Below are positions 60,323-64,000 of a stretch of DNA of 64,000 nt, piece by piece. Position 1 is the first letter of the stretch; the number at the start of each line of letters is the position of its first letter. The stretch covers positions 1,376,001 to 1,440,000 of the forward strand of contig CAWFFH010000003.1 in assembly GCA_963815095.1 (NCBI GenBank). The letters are read 5' to 3'. The translations under genes were made by a program, and so were the position numbers. The notes below the pieces were generated by a model. That model searched no databases and had not been told where the DNA came from. It saw only the letters and a list, made by a program, of their open reading frames with translations. The stretch comes from Candidatus Bathyarchaeota archaeon. Lineage in GTDB: Archaea > Thermoproteota > Bathyarchaeia > Bathyarchaeales > Bathycorpusculaceae.

Positions 60323-60610
60323 TTATCCGCCTGTCATCAGCGACATCAGGATTATGCTGTCACCGTTTTTTAGGGATGTGTTTACGCCTTGTAGCTGATC
60401 CATCAAAACACCATTAACCATTGCAACAAATGTTGCTTTCATTTCCTTCTTGACCGGGTCATAGACTTCCTGTATGAATTGTTTGCCGTAATCTCCGGCG
60501 ATTTTGCCCAGCAAATCCGACAGTAAACTGCCATTTGGAAGTGTGAATTCATCTTGGCTTGTGTTTGTGTAGGATTTAACCAAGCTGATATAGTGGACTT
60601 TAACTTCCAT
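60323..60610 (-). CDS. MoaD/ThiS/SAMP ubiquitin-like sulfur carrier
   Basis: MVNG, LKNGD, C-terminal GG. Confidence 0.87.
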   Translation of the reverse strand: MEVKVHYISLVKSYTNTSQDEFTLPNGSLLSDLLGKIAGDYGKQFIQEVYDPVKKEMKATFVAMVNGVLMDQLQGVNTSLKNGDSIILMSLMTGG

Positions 60611-60705
60611 TTCTTTTCCTTCTGCTCTGGTCTAATAATTGTTTTGGGGTTCTGATATTTCTTTTCTATTCTCGATATAGTTTTAGCCTTGAAAACCTCG
60701 ATTAG

Positions 60706-60729
60706 CGTTATGTGAAATTGTGCATAACG
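60706..60729 (+). promoter_or_regulatory. ModE-like palindromic operator
   Basis: CGTTATG-N10-CATAACG, i.e. CGTTAT-N12-ATAACG, between the divergent moaD-like and aor2 genes. Confidence 0.55.
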
Positions 60730-60750
60730 ACTCCTACATCCACGTGGAAA

Positions 60751-60801
60751 GCCATGACTTTTCAAACTAAGAACCCATTAACTTAATATATTGTTCAAAT
60801 G
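60751..60801 (+). promoter_or_regulatory. aor2 promoter block
   Basis: Paralogous to 57749-57799. Confidence 0.7.
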
Positions 60802-60821
60802 AACTAAATACTTTAAAACGC

Positions 60822-62693
60822 TTGGAGGAACAAGGTTTGCTAGGTTACGCGGGAACAATCTTATATGTTGATTTAACCACAGGCAAAACTCGCAAAGAAA
60901 AACTGAACGAGGAAGTCGCCAAAAAATACATCGGCGGCATCGGCCTTGGCATGGAACTCTATTTATCCAATTCAAAAGCAGGTGTGCATCCACTTAGCGC
61001 AGAAAACCCGCTTGTTTTAGCAATTGGACCCGTTTCAGGAACCATGTTTCCAACAGGCGGCAACGGACACGCCTTTATATCTAAATCACCCGAAACAAAC
61101 GGAGTTGGCGAAGCTGTAAGCCACGGCACCTTTGGCGCTGAACTAAAAAGAGCAGGATACGACGCAATAATCTTAACTGGCAAAGCTGAAAAGCCAACTT
61201 ACCTTTGGATTGACGACGACGCAGTCCAACTTCTTGATGCTTCACAAATCTGGGGCAAATCACCCGGCGAAACTGAAGACGCCATCAAAAATGAAACAGG
61301 CGACTATTACGTTCGGATAGCATCCATAGGTTTAGCAGGCGAAAAACTCAGTAAAATTGCCACTATTATTAACGAGAAAACCCGCGCCGCTGGCAGAACA
61401 GGTCTTGGCGCCGTTATGGGCAGCAAAAACCTCAAAGCCATCGCAGTTCGAGGCACCCGCGACATAGTTGTAGCGAAACCGGACGAATTCATGGAAATGG
61501 TAAAAGAATTCCACGAACGCATGAAAGGTCCAGCTGCACAGAAATACCGCACCTTAGGCACATCTGAAAACATCGTGATTCAAAACTCACTTTTCTGCAT
61601 GCCAACCCGCAACTTCAACAACGCTCATTTTGACAACGCTGAAAAAGTCAGCGGAGAAACCCTCAACGAACGTTACATCACAAAAATCATAGCCTGCAAC
61701 TCATGCGCTATGCGATGTGAACATGAAGCATTAATCCGCGAAGGACCCTACAAAGGCACCTTGGCAAGAATGGAATATGACAATATCTGGGCATTGGGAC
61801 CAAACTGTGGCGTAGACAAACTAGATGCCATAATAAAAGCTGCTGAACTCTGCAACTACTACGGCCTTGACGCAACAAGCGCAGGCGTAACCGTCGGTTT
61901 CGTGATGGACTGCCACGAAAAAGGTATCCTGACCCACGAAGACCTTGGCGGATTAGATGCTCACTTCGGCAACGCAGATGCACTCATCCAACTTATCGAA
62001 AAAATCGGCAAACGCGAAGGAATCGGCGACATGCTTGCTGACGGCGTGAAAGCGGCTGCACAAAAAATTGGCAAAGGCTCCATGGAGCTTGCTCAACAAA
62101 TTAAAGGCTTAGAAGCTACAGGTTATGATTTGCGATGCCTGAAAACTGCCGCTTTAGCTTCAGCAGTTTCGTTCCGCGGAGCAGACCAGAACCGCAGCGG
62201 CGCTTACAGCATTGATCTAAAAGGCAAAGTTGACCGTTTGAAAGCCGAAAAAGGACGCGGCAAACTCGTCAAAGACGCAGAAGACATCTACGCATTAATC
62301 GATTCCCTTATCATCTGCAAAAACGCCAAAGGCACCCTCTACAAGGAACTCGCCGACATGGCAAAACTCTACAGCCTAGTCACAGGCATCGAAATGACCC
62401 CTGAAGAACTCAGCCTTGCAGGCGAACGAATAAACACACTCGCAAAACTCATTAATGTCCGAGAAGGATTTAGTCGCAAAGACGACACATTGCCCTGGAA
62501 AGTAATGAACCAACCAATCCCCGACGAAGGACCCGTTAAAGGCGCGGTCGTAACTCAAGACGAACTTGACCTGCTACTTGACGATTATTATCAAGCTCGT
62601 GGCTGGAATGTCGAGGGTATTCCTACAAAAGCTAAACTCGAAGAATTAGGCATGCAAGATTACCAGACTATAATTGAAGGAAAAGAGGCATAA
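60822..62693 (+). CDS. aor: Aldehyde:ferredoxin oxidoreductase family protein 2 (divergent active-site motifs)
   Basis: GRTGLGAVMGSKNLKA, CNSCAMRC, GLDATS; has EYD and RGADQ in place of EYE and RGACH. Confidence 0.88.
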   Translation: MEEQGLLGYAGTILYVDLTTGKTRKEKLNEEVAKKYIGGIGLGMELYLSNSKAGVHPLSAENPLVLAIGPVSGTMFPTGGNGHAFISKSPETNGVGEAVSHGTFGAELKRAGYDAIILTGKAEKPTYLWIDDDAVQLLDASQIWGKSPGETEDAIKNETGDYYVRIASIGLAGEKLSKIATIINEKTRAAGRTGLGAVMGSKNLKAIAVRGTRDIVVAKPDEFMEMVKEFHERMKGPAAQKYRTLGTSENIVIQNSLFCMPTRNFNNAHFDNAEKVSGETLNERYITKIIACNSCAMRCEHEALIREGPYKGTLARMEYDNIWALGPNCGVDKLDAIIKAAELCNYYGLDATSAGVTVGFVMDCHEKGILTHEDLGGLDAHFGNADALIQLIEKIGKREGIGDMLADGVKAAAQKIGKGSMELAQQIKGLEATGYDLRCLKTAALASAVSFRGADQNRSGAYSIDLKGKVDRLKAEKGRGKLVKDAEDIYALIDSLIICKNAKGTLYKELADMAKLYSLVTGIEMTPEELSLAGERINTLAKLINVREGFSRKDDTLPWKVMNQPIPDEGPVKGAVVTQDELDLLLDDYYQARGWNVEGIPTKAKLEELGMQDYQTIIEGKEA

Positions 62694-62695
62694 AC

Positions 62696-63190
62696 ATGGT
62701 AAAGCTGCACGAAAGAAAATTTGTTTCCACAGACCCAGAAAAATGCGTCGGCTGCCAAATATGCGAGTACGCCTGCTCATTCACCAAAGAGAAAGCTTTC
62801 AACCCACTCAAATCACGCATCCGTGTCGTCCGTGTTAACCAATTAGCCAACATGGCTGTAACATGCCGACTCTGCGAAGAACCAGCCTGCGTAGCAGCCT
62901 GCCCACGTGATGCACTCACTCAATCCAAAGAAACAGGTAACATAGAACTCGATAAAGACAAATGCAACGGCTGCGGCTGGTGCATCGAAGCCTGCGATTA
63001 CGGGGCAATAATGCTTCACCCAGAAACCAAAGTCGTCTACGTCTGCGACATGTGCAAAGACAAACCTGAAGGGCCACAATGCGTCAAATGGTGCCCCGAA
63101 GAAGCCATAACCGTCGTTACAAGCGATGTATTAGCACAGAAAGCAAGAATCGGCGCAATCAAAAAACTCTTCCAAGAAAAAGAAAAATAA
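62696..63190 (+). CDS. 4Fe-4S polyferredoxin subunit partnering AOR2
   Basis: Paralog of 59749..60261 with the same four Cys clusters. Confidence 0.88.
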   Translation: MVKLHERKFVSTDPEKCVGCQICEYACSFTKEKAFNPLKSRIRVVRVNQLANMAVTCRLCEEPACVAACPRDALTQSKETGNIELDKDKCNGCGWCIEACDYGAIMLHPETKVVYVCDMCKDKPEGPQCVKWCPEEAITVVTSDVLAQKARIGAIKKLFQEKEK

Positions 63191-63303
63191 ACGAACATTT
63201 TTGCTCATTTTCTAATTTTTAAAATTCAGTATTTTAATTTGAAGTAGCGTTTTGGAAAACCTATTAATAACAACATGCCAACAACGTCTCAGGTGCCCCA
63301 CAT

Positions 63304-64000
63304 TTGCTTGACCACCTAATCATCACAATTATTCTGGGATTAATTCAAGGCTTCGCAGAATGGCTACCCATATCCAGTACCGCTCACTTGCGAGTTGCAG
63401 AGCACTTTTTAGGGTTCCCTGCGATGCCCCTGTTCAATGTTTTCTTACACATAGGCACACTTGGAGTTGTAATATTCTACTTTAGACACGACATTAAGGT
63501 AATTCTAACCGCTTTTCTGCATAGAGATTTTCATTCAGAATATGGCAGATTCATCCCATTAATTATTGTCGCATCCATACCCACGGGCATAATTGGAATC
63601 CTCTATGACCTTTACCTAGGCGACAACTACCAAACAATCCTAATCATCGGCATAACATTCCTATTCGGAGCCGCACTCCTATTCTCATCAAAGTTTGGAA
63701 AAGAAACTAAAACTCAAATCTCCTACCGCGAAGCACTTGTAATGGGAACCGCTCAGGGAGCGGCAAGTTTTCCGGGGCTTTCTAGGAGTGGTTCAACAAT
63801 ATCCAGCGGGCTGCTGCAGGGCGTTAAACGTGAAATGGTTTTTAAATTTTCATTTTTGCTCTCAATTCCCGCAATCATCGGGGATTTAGCCGTTGAAGCA
63901 TTTCATGATCGAGGCAGTTTTTCTCAAGGCGTCGGGGTCAGCTCGTTGAACCTTTTCATTGGTTTAATCTTTGCAGTTTTAGCAGGTTACTTGGCAATTG
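63304..64000 (+). CDS. uppP: Undecaprenyl-diphosphate phosphatase, partial (runs off window)
   Basis: Manual translation from TTG at 63304: LGLIQGFAEWLPISSTAHL ... PGLSRSGSTI ... FSFLLSIP. Confidence 0.88.
   Translation, partial: MLDHLIITIILGLIQGFAEWLPISSTAHLRVAEHFLGFPAMPLFNVFLHIGTLGVVIFYFRHDIKVILTAFLHRDFHSEYGRFIPLIIVASIPTGIIGILYDLYLGDNYQTILIIGITFLFGAALLFSSKFGKETKTQISYREALVMGTAQGAASFPGLSRSGSTISSGLLQGVKREMVFKFSFLLSIPAIIGDLAVEAFHDRGSFSQGVGVSSLNLFIGLIFAVLAGYLAI

Noticed and set aside
46-63079. Many short antisense or nested ORFs in the ORF track
   Set aside because: They are shadows of well-supported genes on the opposite strand or in another frame

Overview
Archaeal chromosome segment, most likely Bathyarchaeia. 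This is inferred from TFB, a second divergent aEF-2, two PurP paralogs, HdrBC-MvhGA, tandem tungsten AORs, beta-helix/Ig-like surface proteins with basic C-terminal tails and frequent TTG starts. Most of the window is housekeeping or metabolic: ior/paaK/liv/Pat, purine genes, hydrogenase, AOR. An accessory stretch (about 11.9-24.2 kb) follows tRNA-Gln and holds the two best signals. (1) A three-gene RiPP-like cluster encodes a radical SAM/SPASM enzyme, a 152-aa Cys-repeat precursor and a methyltransferase. The methyltransferase N-terminus is a duplicate of the precursor's leader AND follower segments, with the Cys core missing. (2) An IS110 element has ends, an empty target site and a two-loop bridge RNA that can all be read from the sequence. 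Its target guides match the codons for the F-R-R-H membrane-anchor tail of a surface-protein gene, and the element supplies a replacement basic tail. Also found: a probable frameshifted cas1 remnant, a ModE-like operator and duplicated promoter at the AOR locus, an AOR paralog with substituted active-site motifs, and an unannotated 46-aa zinc-ribbon ORF. All calls are by eye from motifs; no database searches were run.
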